DNA of 42,773 bases from Elsinoe ampelina (Eukaryota), in contig ML992513.1 of assembly GCA_010093995.1 (NCBI GenBank), forward strand, positions 186,001 to 228,773. The letters are read 5' to 3'. The notes under the pieces are model-generated. The model saw only the letters and a program-made list of their open reading frames with translations. It had not been told where the DNA came from and made no database searches. The translations under genes were made by a program, and so were the position numbers. Shown piece by piece: positions 1 through 11,896 of this stretch (positions are counted from its first letter, which is position 1; each line of letters starts with the position of its first letter).

Positions 1-778
1 CAAACCCAATCGCTACATGGATGCGAAGGGCCAAACGACAGACGGCGTCGCGCTCGCCACAACAATGATGGAGCGACTCCGCGTCGACATCGATTCTCCC
101 CCAACACGCACCAACACCATCACCCAAGCAGACTATGACACACAGTCCTGGTCTCGCGCCTTCCCCAATACCCAACCCGAAACTCCCATCAACGACGCCG
201 CTTTCGACTGGGAGCCCACCACCACATCCGCGGCCCACTCTGCCTCCCAGCCCACGACAGAAATGGACCTCACCTCCGCAGCCGCCGTGACCGATGCGGC
301 AGCCCACCTCCTTGAGACCGACATATCTCTCTCCCAGTTCACAAACACACAAGGCCTCCCTCTCACTTTTACGCAGGTGGCGAAGCGCTTCGGTGATATC
401 GCCCCCCGCGAAGCACTGACAAGATTCTATTCCACCGTCCCGCAGGTCCAGCTACAAGACACGCTGCAATCCATCTTCCTCGAACTCGGGATGGTAGCTA
501 CGCAACGCCGCAAGCAGGACAAGCAGGCCCAGGAGGTGGAGGCCAGGATATGTCTCTACGTTCAAGGCGTGGATAGCAGGAAGCAGGAATTGAAAGGCCA
601 TGTTTTGATTGAAGCGGCGATGGGGAGGGGAAGTGGGTTGAGTGAGGTGAGGTTTGTCAAGGCAAAGGGCGATCCGGTCGAGTGGAGGAGAATGTTCAAG
701 GGAGTGGTGAGGAGGGGGAAGGACGTGGTGTTTGTGCCTAGGGAGGCGGTGGGAAGGGTCGGGTGGAGTCAGGTCTAG
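1..778 (+). CDS. CHK1: Checkpoint kinase Chk1, C-terminal part (KA1-like domain); gene starts upstream of the window
   Basis: The ORF has the Chk1 C-terminal signatures 'LTRFYS', 'DSRKQELKGHVLIE' and 'VRFVKAKGDPVEWRRMFKGV'. No kinase domain lies within the window. Confidence 0.8.
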   Translation, partial: KPNRYMDAKGQTTDGVALATTMMERLRVDIDSPPTRTNTITQADYDTQSWSRAFPNTQPETPINDAAFDWEPTTTSAAHSASQPTTEMDLTSAAAVTDAAAHLLETDISLSQFTNTQGLPLTFTQVAKRFGDIAPREALTRFYSTVPQVQLQDTLQSIFLELGMVATQRRKQDKQAQEVEARICLYVQGVDSRKQELKGHVLIEAAMGRGSGLSEVRFVKAKGDPVEWRRMFKGVVRRGKDVVFVPREAVGRVGWSQV

Positions 779-1511
779 GAGGGCTAGGGAGGACGTTCGT
801 TGGAGGATGCGAACGATATCTCGAAAAGGGAATAAAGCTTAGGCAACTGTCCTAGGCGCCTGTCATGTGGGATTGGCCCTGGCACTTACGACACGAGTCG
901 GGTCCAAATCCACCTGGTATGGCAGTGGCAATTGGAACGAGTTGAGGACAGGCGCCAGATACGTCTCAGCGAGCCCTGAGAGGAGCAGAAGGGGTCCTAT
1001 ACGAGACATGTTGGGGGAGCCAACGATCTAAGAAAGAGACATCGAGAGCCCACCCTCCATAGGCTATGGCCTCCTTTGTGGCAGGAATTGCATGAGCTGA
1101 GACACTGGATGAGTGAGAGTACATGCAATGGCACTGTCAGGCAGCAAGCAATGTACGATCAATCGTCTGACCCTGCCTCACCCTCTGTAGCGATATAAAT
1201 GATGAATGCTCTCTTTGCAAGAGAGACACGACGCTATATGTACAACCTGCGCCGTGGACAAGTGATCTGACCACACGCAGGCAGCACAAGAATACATTAA
1301 AGCAACACCAAACAGCCAGGCACGAACCATCACACATGGACAATTATTGGTAACAATCGAATCGCTATTCATCCAGGATATCTCATCGCTCGCTCGCTTG
1401 CAAAGAAAAACTCATACAGCTAATAATACATTACACCTTCTTCCCTCTCTCGAGAGCGAGACCGATCCCTCAGCTCCCTTGCCACCCCCCCTTCCACATT
1501 TCTTCGCAAGT

Positions 1512-1919
1512 CTAGTACCTCGCCCCCCTGCCATCAGTACCATGCATCCTCCTCGTCCCCGCGGCCTTGAGCCCGGGGCGCCTAGTCAACGACCCCCTGA
1601 GCTTCATGAGGCCACCGCTGACTTTGTCGCCGATGCTCGGACGACGCTTGTGGTGGTGCGCCGGGGTGGCGGTGGTGGTGCCGTGGGTGCGGTGGGAGCG
1701 ACGGCTGGTCTTGGCCGCGCGGGGGGCCGAGGCGGTGTGGTGGCCGTTGGTGGTGTGGGTTGTGGTGGTGGTGTGGGAGCCGGTGATGGGGTTGTGGGAG
1801 CGCTTGGTGGTGTGGGTTGTGTGGGCTTTGTTGCCGCGGAGGCGTTGCATGAGGGAGGGTTTGGAGTGGGTTGTGCGGGTGGTGGAGGTGGGGGCGGCGG
1901 TGCGGCGGGAGCGGAACAT
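1512..1919 (-). CDS. Small basic His/Thr/Arg-rich fungal protein of unknown function (135 aa)
   Basis: ATG at 1919 follows a C/A-rich leader, codons are strongly C-ending, and TAG is at 1512-1514. The C-terminus 'RRPSIGDKVSGGLMKLRGSLTRRPGLKAAGTRRMHGTDGRG' resembles conserved ascomycete hypothetical proteins (from memory). Confidence 0.8.
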   Translation of the reverse strand: MFRSRRTAAPTSTTRTTHSKPSLMQRLRGNKAHTTHTTKRSHNPITGSHTTTTTHTTNGHHTASAPRAAKTSRRSHRTHGTTTATPAHHHKRRPSIGDKVSGGLMKLRGSLTRRPGLKAAGTRRMHGTDGRGARY

Positions 1920-2598
1920 TGTGGTGGTTTTTGGTGGTGGGTGAGATTGGGTTGGGTTGGTATGACTTGTGGTTTGGGGAGTGGGCTTTGTCTGGTTTGA
2001 TAGAGAAGGAGCAGGGGGGTGGAGAGAGGTGTACTTATGTGTTTTGCTCGTGAGATACGCCTGGCTACACCACGATGACGACGGCGTACGCGAGAGCATC
2101 ACGCAAAGCCGGTTAGAGATAGGGGAGAATTCTCCGTATCGTCATACCAACGTGAGAAACTTGCTTGGGGACGGTTCGAGGAGTGGTGAATGTATGGCTG
2201 ATGGTGTTTAAGGACTCCCAGACCGACGTCATTTTGAGAGGGATCGACATGGCACGCGGGCTGAAAAGCTGCAGGTCAAGACGAGATTGTGGCATGGAAA
2301 CTGGGAACCTGGGCAGAAACAGGCGCTGATCTCTTCGAGACTGAGGGCCTGTGGCTTGTGTGATGCACCCTTTCGATGCGTTTGGCATGTTCTAGGGATC
2401 GAGGTGTGGCTTGACGTGATGCTGATGGAGCGAACGTGTTCAGACCCTGTTTTTCTTTGGGCAAGAACCCTGTGGCTTTCCCAAATGTTGTGTTTCCTGC
2501 TAGCGATGCAGGTACGGTGGGACTGAAGCGAAGGATTAGTTGATGCTCAGAGCAGCATGTTTGTGGCTGAGGAGATGAGTGTAATAAATTATGAAGAG

Positions 2599-2721
2599 AT
2601 GAGTCCTGATGCGGTCATTGGCAAGGAACCTTAATAAGATGTGGTCGGCGCGGAGCTGTCGCCGATGCCGGCCATTCAAGGGTCCCCTGCACCTTTGACT
2701 TCACAGAAAATTGTATGAGTC
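2599..2721. promoter_or_regulatory. Two ATGAGTC (Gcn4/CpcA-like) sites upstream of chorismate synthase
   Basis: ATGAGTC at 2599-2605 and 2715-2721 are imperfect matches to ATGASTCAT. Yeast ARO2 is under general amino-acid control. Confidence 0.3.
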
Positions 2722-2861
2722 GGTGCACGAATAGTTCATCCTGAATCGATCTTCGCAGCTCCTCGTTCCTTTGCCAAAGACTAAATCACCCGTGTCTCGA
2801 GTCTTGTAAAGGTGCTTCGACGAGCCAGGCTTCCTCACATTCCCTGCTTCGACTCGCTACC

Positions 2862-4186
2862 ATGTCTACCTTTGGACAACACTTTAGAGTCACCACGTAG
2901 GTCTTCAGATCCTGTTTCCTTTCAGTATACTCATATCTGCCAGCTATGGCGAGTCGCATTGTCGCAGCGTGGGCTGTATCGTAGACGGATGCCCGCCAGG
3001 TATGCGACTGGACGAATCCGATATTCAACCACAGATGACTCGGAGACGACCGGGCCAAAGTGCAATCACTACCCCGCGGGACGAGAAGGATAAGGTGGAG
3101 ATACAGTCAGGCACAGAGTTTGGGATTACGCTAGGGACGCCCATTGGAATGCGCGTGCTGAACGAGAATCAACGACCCAAGGACTATGGCAACAGCACAA
3201 TGGACCTCTTCCCACGACCGTCACATGCCGACTGGACCTACCTGGAGAAGTACGGCGTCAAGGCCAGCAGCGGAGGCGGACGAAGCTCAGCGCGAGAAAC
3301 CATCGGACGTGTAGCAGCTGGCGCGATAGCAGAGAAATACCTGCGAGAAGCCTACGGCGTGGAGATAGTCGCCTTTACAACTGCAGTCGGCAACGAGTTC
3401 CTCTTCCCACCAACTCCCGAACATCCCACGCCCTCGACAAATCCCAAATTCCTCTCCCTCATCAATTCCGTCACCCGCGAAGAGGTCGACTCCCACCTGC
3501 CCGTCCGCTGCCCCTCGGACGCCGCTCAAACACGAATGGAGTCCCTCATTGCCTCTTTCCGCGACAAACAAGACAGCATCGGGGGCACAGTAACCTGCGT
3601 GATCCGACACTGCCCCACCGGTCTCGGCGAGCCCTGCTTCGATAAACTCGAAGCCACCCTCGCCCATGCCATGCTCAGCATCCCCGCCACCAAAGGTTTC
3701 GAGATCGGCTCCGGGTTCGGCGGTACCCAAGTCCCCGGCTCCATCCACAACGACCCATTCGTCGTCGCATCCCCCTCGGAAACCATCCTCCCCGGCCGCC
3801 CACGACCCAAGCTCACCACCAAGACCAACAACTCTGGCGGCATCCAGGGGGGTATCTCCAACGGAGCTCACATCTACTTCACCGTCGCATTCAAGCCGCC
3901 CGCCACGATAGGCCAGGCGCAAACGACGACCATGTACGACGAGACGGCCGGCGTGTTGGAGGCCAAGGGGAGGCATGATCCGTGCGTGGTGCCCCGCGCG
4001 GTGCCGATCGTGGAGAGCATGGCGGCGTTGGTGATTATGGATGCGGTGTTGGCGCAGGCGAGCAGGGACGCGGCGAGGAGTCTGCTGCCGCCGTTGAAAG
4101 AGGTGGTGAGTGTGGATCGGACGAAAGAGGCCGAGGAGAGGGCGAGGAGGGAGCAGGAGGCGGAGGGGGTGAATGGGGGGAAGTAG
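2862..4186 (+). CDS. ARO2: Chorismate synthase; exons 2862-2896, 2944-4186
   Basis: Splicing the GT-AG intron 2897-2943 gives [27 protein letters not shown]. Family motifs [26 protein letters not shown] and [16 protein letters not shown] are present. Confidence 0.98.
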
Positions 4187-4740
4187 ATGAGGCGTCGGAA
4201 ATGGACATTTGGAACATTCACGAGCTTCTTCGATTTCAAGCGAGTGTATGAATTGGAGTGGACCGTGATCTAGTGTGGCGAAGAGCTCGTGCTTGTGGTG
4301 TGCGTTTGCTGTGTCTGAAGGAAGGAAGGGGTACATTCCTCAAGCAACGCCTGGCCGAGATGACCACATCCATTACCTTGACCTGACGTCTTGAACAACC
4401 TCATTCCAATTGCAGTAACAAATATCATCCATTCAAACCCAACATCGCTAGCTTACGAAACATTACAAGAAGATCTTTCTCGACCCCTCTTCGAGGCGGC
4501 CATGCAACACGTTCAAGGAGAGTGGTGGAATCAAAACATCCCTTTCCTCCACATCGACACCCCCAATGGGACCCATGACGACGAGCCAAAAGAGACACAG
4601 CGCCGCCCATATGCAGTGGTATATCCCTCTATAATCCAGTTCAGTCTCGACAGAGCGTACATGCGATCTCTGCGCATTCCTCTTCTCCCCTGCCCTTCCT
4701 GCCTCCTCCCGCCTGGCCTCCCTCATATAGATCCAGCCTC

Positions 4741-5664
4741 TCAAAAATTCGACGCCGCGTTCGGACTCCTCCCCCCCCAACTGGACGCCACCGGACTCGT
4801 CACGTTCCCACCGGAACTCTTGTACCGATCCAACGGCTCGGCGAACTTGTTCGTCAAACTACTCGGACCCCACCCGCTCTTCTTCTCCTTGCCGATACTG
4901 TCACTGCTCCCGGTGCTCATCGCTCCCCCGAAGTAGTCCTCCTCCTGCGGGACTTTCTGGTGCCGCTTCTTGCCCCACATCTTGTACACCACGAAGGCGA
5001 TGCCGGCGAGGAGGAACGCGCCGCCGATGCCGCCCACGATGCCGCCGATGAGTTTCTTGCTCTCGGCCGAGAGGGTGTTGGTTTCGTTGCCGTAGCCGGA
5101 TGCGAGGCCGGGTTTGGAGGTGGAGGACGAGGTGGAGGGGCGTGTGCTGGTGGAGATGGAGGAGATGAGGCGCCCGTCGCTGGTGTAGGTTATTGTGGTG
5201 AGGATTTGGTCGAGGGGGGCGAGGTTGGTGGAGGTGATGGTCACGTCGGAGGGAGCGGCGGAGATGGTGTTGGAGGGGGTGTCGGTGATGGTGGAGGAGG
5301 GCGGGATGGAGGAGGTTGAGGGAGGGGCGGCGGCGGTTGTAGGTGTTGATGAGGATGGTGGGGCGGCGGAGGATGAAGGGGGTGCTGCGGTTGTTGATGA
5401 AGGTGGTGCTGCTGTGGTTGTCGGAGAAGGTGCGGCGGACGTGGTCGGTTGGGGTGTGGGAGAGGCAGATGTTGGAGGCGCGACGGTCGTGGAGGGTGGT
5501 GTTGTGGGTTGCGCGCTCGTCGAGGGTGATACCGCTTCACTGCTGCTGACGCCGGAGACGACTGTTGTGTCCTGTCGAGGGTGTAAGAAGCCTGCTGGCA
5601 GGTCGACTGCGAATGCGAAGGCGATGAATGCCAGGAGCACAGCGAGGTGCAGATGCCGGAGCAT
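4741..5664 (-). CDS. Mid2/Wsc-like single-pass Ser/Thr-rich cell-surface protein (307 aa)
   Basis: Signal peptide MLRHLHLAVLLAFIAFAFA, then a long S/T/P/A-rich ectodomain, a TM helix IGGIVGGIGGAFLLAGIAFVVY, basic KKR residues and a short cytoplasmic tail. Confidence 0.85.
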   Translation of the reverse strand: MLRHLHLAVLLAFIAFAFAVDLPAGFLHPRQDTTVVSGVSSSEAVSPSTSAQPTTPPSTTVAPPTSASPTPQPTTSAAPSPTTTAAPPSSTTAAPPSSSAAPPSSSTPTTAAAPPSTSSIPPSSTITDTPSNTISAAPSDVTITSTNLAPLDQILTTITYTSDGRLISSISTSTRPSTSSSTSKPGLASGYGNETNTLSAESKKLIGGIVGGIGGAFLLAGIAFVVYKMWGKKRHQKVPQEEDYFGGAMSTGSSDSIGKEKKSGWGPSSLTNKFAEPLDRYKSSGGNVTSPVASSWGGRSPNAASNF

Positions 5665-6674
5665 CTTGGCTGATGGGTGGGGTCCTCCTGTGTTGTCGGG
5701 TTTTGTTGTTTGTCCTTCCTTTTGGTCGTCGACGATTGACCGTCCGGCGATGAGATCAGTAACGACTGACTGGCGATGGGAGTGTTGAGCGAGTGTGGAT
5801 GATGAGGTAAGAGTGAAGACGTGAAGGTTCTCGCAGCGTAAGCGTCTGAGCGTTCGCTGCCTTTGGTTTGCGTCTTTGGACCCGTCGGACTCGTATTTTC
5901 TCTCACTAAAAGTGCACACTAAACGTCTAGAGTTTGGATCGAAACGGAACTAAGCCCGGCGCGTGCTAGAGGCCACCGCTGCCACAACGACCAAATATGC
6001 TGCCATCACGCGTTTCGGTCAGGGATCATGAGGGAAAAATGCGCAGTCTGTCATAAGGTCATTGAGGAATGGTCAGCATCAATTCAAGCCGATGAGCACC
6101 AAACACGACCTGGAAAGGCTGTATCGTGACCATTTCTGCATGTGCACCACGCCGCACACCAACCTGCGCCAAATTTCAATTATCGATTGGCTGAAGAAAC
6201 GTATGTTGCTTATCTCCACGACTAATCTATATTGATGGAGCAACTTCAAGCCACATGTGTCCCTGTATAAATGAGTGTTGCAACTGTCGAGCCGCGTCGG
6301 TAGGTAGAATTGATCCGGTAGAATTGCGTGTCGCTGTCGCTGGCTGCACGTGATCTGCTCGCCTCCATTGACCGAGCAATATCATAAATTGTAGATAATA
6401 GCATTGCGCTCAATTGACATTTCGAGCCCTCAAGGGTCCTCAAAAACCATCGCCCTGGTCGTTTCATCCCACATGTCAAATTGTTGAAAATCCAATGACT
6501 TAGAAGCTGCCATCAACTCACATTCCACCCCTCCTCACCATCTCACCACCTCCCATCTCCGCCACCTCTCCCACAAAACACTACATCACCCATGAACCCA
6601 TCCCTCCCGCCTCACGAATCCTCTCCTCCAACGCCCACCTGAAACCTGATGTCCCATATCGGAAAAGAAAGAGA

Positions 6675-7588
6675 ATGCACTCCCTAACCCTCTACGCCCC
6701 CCTCCCCTCCGCCCGCCACGCCCAAGCCCTGCACATCCTCACCGGCCTCTCCGCCGCCCAACCCACCGAGACCTTCTCCCGCGTCGCTATTTTCGCGCCC
6801 GTTCGCGCGGCGGTGGACACGAATCTCATCGCGAAGAAGAAGAATAACGCCGCGCAACAGCCGGGGCAGTTGACGCTTGTCCAGCTCGTGGAGGGATTGA
6901 GTCGGGAGGGGTTTGGGGGACGGGATGAGAGTTTGAGTGATGGCGCAGGTGGTCAGGCGAATGGGGCCGAGGCCGGGACTGAGACCGGGGAAAGGGATGG
7001 AGAGAAGGGACAGAAGCGGGATGGTGATGACGACGTGGCTATGGAGGGGTCGGCTGGTGTAGCGCCAAGGAGACTGGCTGGGAAGGAAGAGGGGAGGTGG
7101 ATGGCGAGGACGCAGGAGATTCCGGAGCCGGAGACGAAGAATGTGGTATTACGAAGGGTGACGGAGGAGAGGATCACGGGGGAGGATGTCAAGGGGTATA
7201 TGGAGGGGGGGAAGTATAGGTTTGTTTTCATGCTTGGGAGTGGGTGAGACTGGCTGACAGATGCAGGTTCGTGAATGAGTACTTCACCGAAGGTCATCGT
7301 TTTGTTTACAGAGATGTTGTGCTGCATCTTCACCGCGTGTTGGTGACGAAGACATCGTCTCCGGGAGAAGGGATGAGCATGACACAGCCTGCGCTGGAGG
7401 ATCTGGGTCTGCTGGATGCGAGTGGGGCTTTTGTGCTGGAGGCTACGGTTAGGGTGGAGGATAGGAGTAAGCCGGCACTGGTGCAGGGCGCAATGGAGCA
7501 GTTGCTTGCTTTGAGGAATGAGTTGAAGGGCGCGATAGAGCTGAGGGTGCCGGAGAGATTGAGCATGGATACTAGAGTGAGGAATTGA
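6675..7588 (+). CDS. MED18: Mediator subunit 18 (Srb5); exons 6675-7219, 7267-7588
   Basis: N-terminus MHSLTLYAPLPSARHAQALHILTGLSAAQP. Intron 7220-7266 (GTTTGT...CTGAC...CAG) joins to YRFVNEYFTEGHRFVY. C-terminus ends ELRVPERLSMDTRV. Confidence 0.88.
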
Positions 7589-7725
7589 ACAGTCGGCATG
7601 GGATAATAACGACATGCATTTAAGAAGTACTATGCTAATGGATGATGCAAGTGCCGTGATGCTGCCATCGCTATGTAGGACTGCCGTCAATACGGTAGCA
7701 TGCATGATGTAGCAGAAGCCATCAA

Positions 7726-9532
7726 CTATCGCGCACCACTCATGGTGGCCTTCTCCGGATCATGCTCACTGGCTAGCACACCATCAACAGTCTCATGTCT
7801 CTGGTCGCCAGTCCCATCTTTTCTTATACCCCTCGCACCACTGGTAAGGTGCAGATCGTCGGCGGTAACGAGATCTTCGTCGGCCGGCGGTGTCCACTCG
7901 GTACTCTCCCACGGCTTGACATGCAAAATGTACATTGTATCCGTCTCTTCCAAAGTCCTTCCCTGACTTTCACAGACGAAGAAGTATGTGACGAGCACGC
8001 CCAGCAGATTGCAAGCCGCAAAGACGTACCCGTAGCGGAAGTCGATCTTCGCTGTAATGAACGGCGTGAAGAAGGAGATGAGGAAGTTCCATGTCCAGTT
8101 GCTAGCGGTCGAGAGGCCCATAGCCTTGGCTCTGTACCGAGAAGGGTAGATCTCGCCGGTGATACACCAGATGATGGGTCCCCATGTGGCGGCGTATCCG
8201 AAGATGAACAAAGCGGCAAAGACAATCATGACCGTTCCGGCTGTTGGCGTGTTCTGAGGAGTGACTTGGTCCAATGAGAAGTGGCCAACAGAAGCAAAGA
8301 TCATGAAGCAGACAAACATCCAAAGGCCACCAGTGATGAGTGACTTGCGGCGACCGAAGTGCTCAACCACGTAGAGGGCGAGGAACGTTGTGCCGAAGTT
8401 GATGCCGCCAAGGATCATGGAAGTGACATAGCTGTTGTCAAGACCGGTCGCGGTGAAGACTGCGGACATTAGCAAATTGAGTAACAACCGAGAAGGAACT
8501 GCACTTACTGGTTGTTCCGTAGTAGAAGAAGTAGTTGGCACCTGTCAATTGTTGTAGTGCTTGAAGGGCAATCCCTAAGCACGTACGGTATGCCATACGA
8601 GGTCCGGTGAAAACTTCGTACCATGGGTGGCTACCTCCAACGTTCTCAGCATCCAGTTTGGCCTTTATCTCGCAAATCTCTCGTCGGACCTCTCGGTGAG
8701 TCTCCGGAACACCATAAGATTTGGCGATTGTGGTAGTTGCCCGCTCAATCTTGCCGTGTCGATAGTCCCATCTGGGAGACTCTCGCAAGAAGCAGATACC
8801 GATGGCCATGACTGTTGGAAAGACGAAGCCGATACCCATCGGAATTCTCCATGATGATGAGTTGGTGCGAGCTTCTGTGCCAAAGTTGATGCAGTAGGCA
8901 ATGAAGATACCGAGTGTGATGAAAAGCTGGTAGCAGCTGACCAGAGCTCCACGAATCTGGCGAGGAGCCGTTTCGGATTGATACATCGGAGTGAGCACAG
9001 AAAGACCTCCGACTCCGAGCCCTGCTACCCATCGGCCAATAGCAATATCGTACCAGCGTGTGGAAGTGGTAATTTGAACAATGACTCCGATGCAGAAGAC
9101 GATGTTCCACCAGACGATGGACACTCGTCTTCCAAACTTATCAGCTATGGGCGCTGCGATGATGGCTCCCATAAGGGTGCCGATCGACAGCAGGCCTACG
9201 ATGGTGCCGGACCTGACATTCGAAAAGGCTGGCTGACCTTCGGGCGAGGTCTGGTCGGCGAATCGTCCAAGAAAGTCGTCCATCTCGAGGAAACCAGAGA
9301 TCTGACCGGTGTCGTATCCGAAAATCAGCCCACCGAGAGATACAACAAGGGCCATGGCAAGAATCCTGAGCCTGAATATGCGAATGGGCTCATCAGATTC
9401 CCGGTCTGCAGCATCGTGAGCGACCTTGTGTTCAGCACCAGCGGTGGATGCTACATGAAGGTTGTCGATAGAGTTGCGAGGAGTTGTCTCCGTGGAGGAG
9501 AAGCGTTTCTGAAACCTCGAGATGAGATTCAT
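7726..9532 (-). CDS. MFS hexose transporter (sugar porter family); exons 9532-8509, 8459-7726
   Basis: Motifs GGLIFGYDTG, DKFGRR, PMYQSETAP, RESPRW and QQLTGANYFFYYGTT|IF (joined across intron 8460-8508), then GRRKSL and ESQGRTLEE. Confidence 0.95.
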
Positions 9533-10522
9533 ATTGAAGGTGAATGAGGCAGAGGAAAGAGAGGGGAACAAGTGATTAAAGAAGACGCAAAACAATTATA
9601 GAAAATCTTACCATCCACCCAACATGGACCATGTGATTACTGTACAGTGCAAAACACGAGTACCTTCTTGGGCCAGTGATATCATCTTCGGTGTTTTCTC
9701 AGTCCGGTGCCTGCATTAGAGCCGCCTATTGCCGTAACCGCGCTACTAACGACACCAGCTGCAGGGGCCGTGCTCGCCTCGCGCTGCATCTGTCGAGATT
9801 TTACCAGAAATCTCGTGTGCAGAGACCAGGGTGAAGAAAAAAACGTCATTGATTGGAAACAGATTTGATGCAACCTTAAGAATTGATGTCATGGCGGGAC
9901 CTCGGGACGGGAGTCGGTCTCGCGAACTTTAAGCTTTGCGATGGCCTTGGCAGGGAAGAGCCGCACCTTGTTTCGGCCAAGTGTCTCTCACCTCACCTCC
10001 GGCTACCTTACGTATCACTCCTCGCTCAACGTTTATGACTTGCAGACACATACACCTCGCAATACTACCCGCAATAGTATTCGATGACTTGGATTCCATT
10101 GGGCAATTCTTTGTGCTTTGCAATGGCGTGGACTTCTCGTCCTCTGCTATTCAGTTTTGCTACATGAGGAATTAGCATGACGGCGCCTGCATTATACTAT
10201 TGCCGGCTGAATGACACATTCGATCATGTGGCCAGACACGACATATTCTGAAAGGCCGGCTCGTCTGGTCGGCCGCTTCCTAGGTCTCCCATCCACAAAA
10301 TCCGTAGGAATCGATGCGACAACATCCGTTGGGACTGCAAGTTGGCTTTCCGCTACGAGACCTGCTCAGAAAGCTCTATATATGTTCTCTTTCCCGGTTT
10401 TTTCAAATGGTCAAGCCCAGTGCAAAGTCTTTTCAAAGTCCTCTCCAAGCATATCATACCCCTATCACAACCGCCGCCTTACTCACATAACCTCTGCCAA
10501 ACCAGCAGACCCATCAGTCGAC

Positions 10523-10990
10523 ATGCTGTTCCGGAGTCTAACATTGGCATTCTTCACAGTAGTCTTGGTGACGGCTGCCCCGAGCACGCCGTTGCCCAAA
10601 CTAAAGACCACAGGTCTGACAACTAATCAAGGAGTGTCAACCGCCCAAGGAGGGTCAAGTGCCCAGGGAGGGCCAGCTGCTCAAGGAGGGCCAGCTGCTC
10701 AACCAGGGCTGACCACCGGAACAACCCTGACTCCCATCAAAGAAAAGCCCTTCGAGGAGCTCCCATCTGCATATGGACCATTTGGACTCCACCCCGACAA
10801 ATCACCCAACAAGATGAACGAACCGTACAAACCGAGCGTGCCTGAAACAAAGGAAATGGCATATTTACCCATCCATTTGGACGTCCCAAAATCTAATTCA
10901 GTGACATCTACCGATGATCGTTCGCCAGGAGGGTCAACATCTGCGACGGACATCGAGGACAGTCCCACCAAAGGAATCGGAGGCTCGTAA
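10523..10990 (+). CDS. Small secreted Cys-free Pro/Gly/Thr-rich protein (155 aa), candidate effector
   Basis: ATG at 10523 opens the signal peptide MLFRSLTLAFFTVVLVTA-AP. It has in-frame 6-aa repeats and no recognisable domain. Confidence 0.7.
   Translation: MLFRSLTLAFFTVVLVTAAPSTPLPKLKTTGLTTNQGVSTAQGGSSAQGGPAAQGGPAAQPGLTTGTTLTPIKEKPFEELPSAYGPFGLHPDKSPNKMNEPYKPSVPETKEMAYLPIHLDVPKSNSVTSTDDRSPGGSTSATDIEDSPTKGIGGS
10625..10705 (+). repeat. 18-bp coding minisatellite (about 4.5 copies; NQGVST/AQGGSS/AQGGPA/AQGGPA/AQP)
   Basis: Units start at 10625, 10643, 10661, 10679 and 10697, e.g. gcccagggagggccagct and gctcaaggagggccagct. Confidence 0.9.
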
Positions 10991-11896
10991 TCCATCTTCC
11001 GTACATACTCGACCGCGAAGAAAGACGCAAGCTTCTTCTGGTGCTACACAGACCTAGAAGTCTGTCGGTCATAACGCAAGATCAAGATCCTTCAGTGTTC
11101 TTTTCCGAGAACACATCAATCCGAGATGCTTCGAACCGCCCGAGGCGCTCGATGCGGCGGTTTGGCAATGAAAATTACCTGCTTCTACCGCAAGACGCTA
11201 TCGGAGGAATTAATGCGTTCAACATGTCTCGTCGAATGACAAGCAAGTCTACAGGGGAGTGCAGCCTGGCTTGCCAATAGGGCAGAGAAGATGCAGCTTG
11301 CGTAACATCGATGAATTGATACATCTGTCAATCTGTTGCTGCTGATATGGAGATCATGAATCTTGAAAATTTTCGGGTCCCATGTGAATCAATGGTTAGT
11401 ACAACCAATAGTCATAGTGAGTTCGCAACAAGTGTACAATCCGCTCCATATCCCTAACCGTGCGCCCGCACTACCTCGCACCGCAAACAGCTTCGGCAAT
11501 ACAGACGTGTCAGCATTCCTTACCAAGCATTGCAAGGCTGCATCTACGGACCCCTGCATCTGTAAGGCGTGACAAGATCCTCACATCCGGTCACTGAACT
11601 ACTACCAGCAGGCCTTACGTTCCTGGGAACCGGTCCAGCCTTACGAAGCACAGTGCACGCCCATACTGAGCTGCTCTCATGAAACAGTAGCAGCATGGAT
11701 GGAGGCCTCTTCACCCGTCTACCAGACTATGCATCTTGCAAGTGTGCCGTTCCATTCTGTGACAGCCACATAGACGTGCCAATCCGATGACCGAAATCTA
11801 CAAAGAAATCTCGTCTGCTCCAACTTTCCATATCCACTCACCCAGACGAAGCACTTGCATCTAAGCCAATCCAAGCCCACCTCCACGAAAACCAGC

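Noticed and set aside
1347..2000. 217-aa Gly/Val-rich + strand ORF
   Set aside because: Antisense of the better-supported minus-strand gene, and it has a non-ATG start.
3287..4336. 349-aa antisense ORF over ARO2
   Set aside because: Shadow ORF. The strong C/G third-position bias of the real gene removes stops on the opposite strand, and it has no recognisable motifs.
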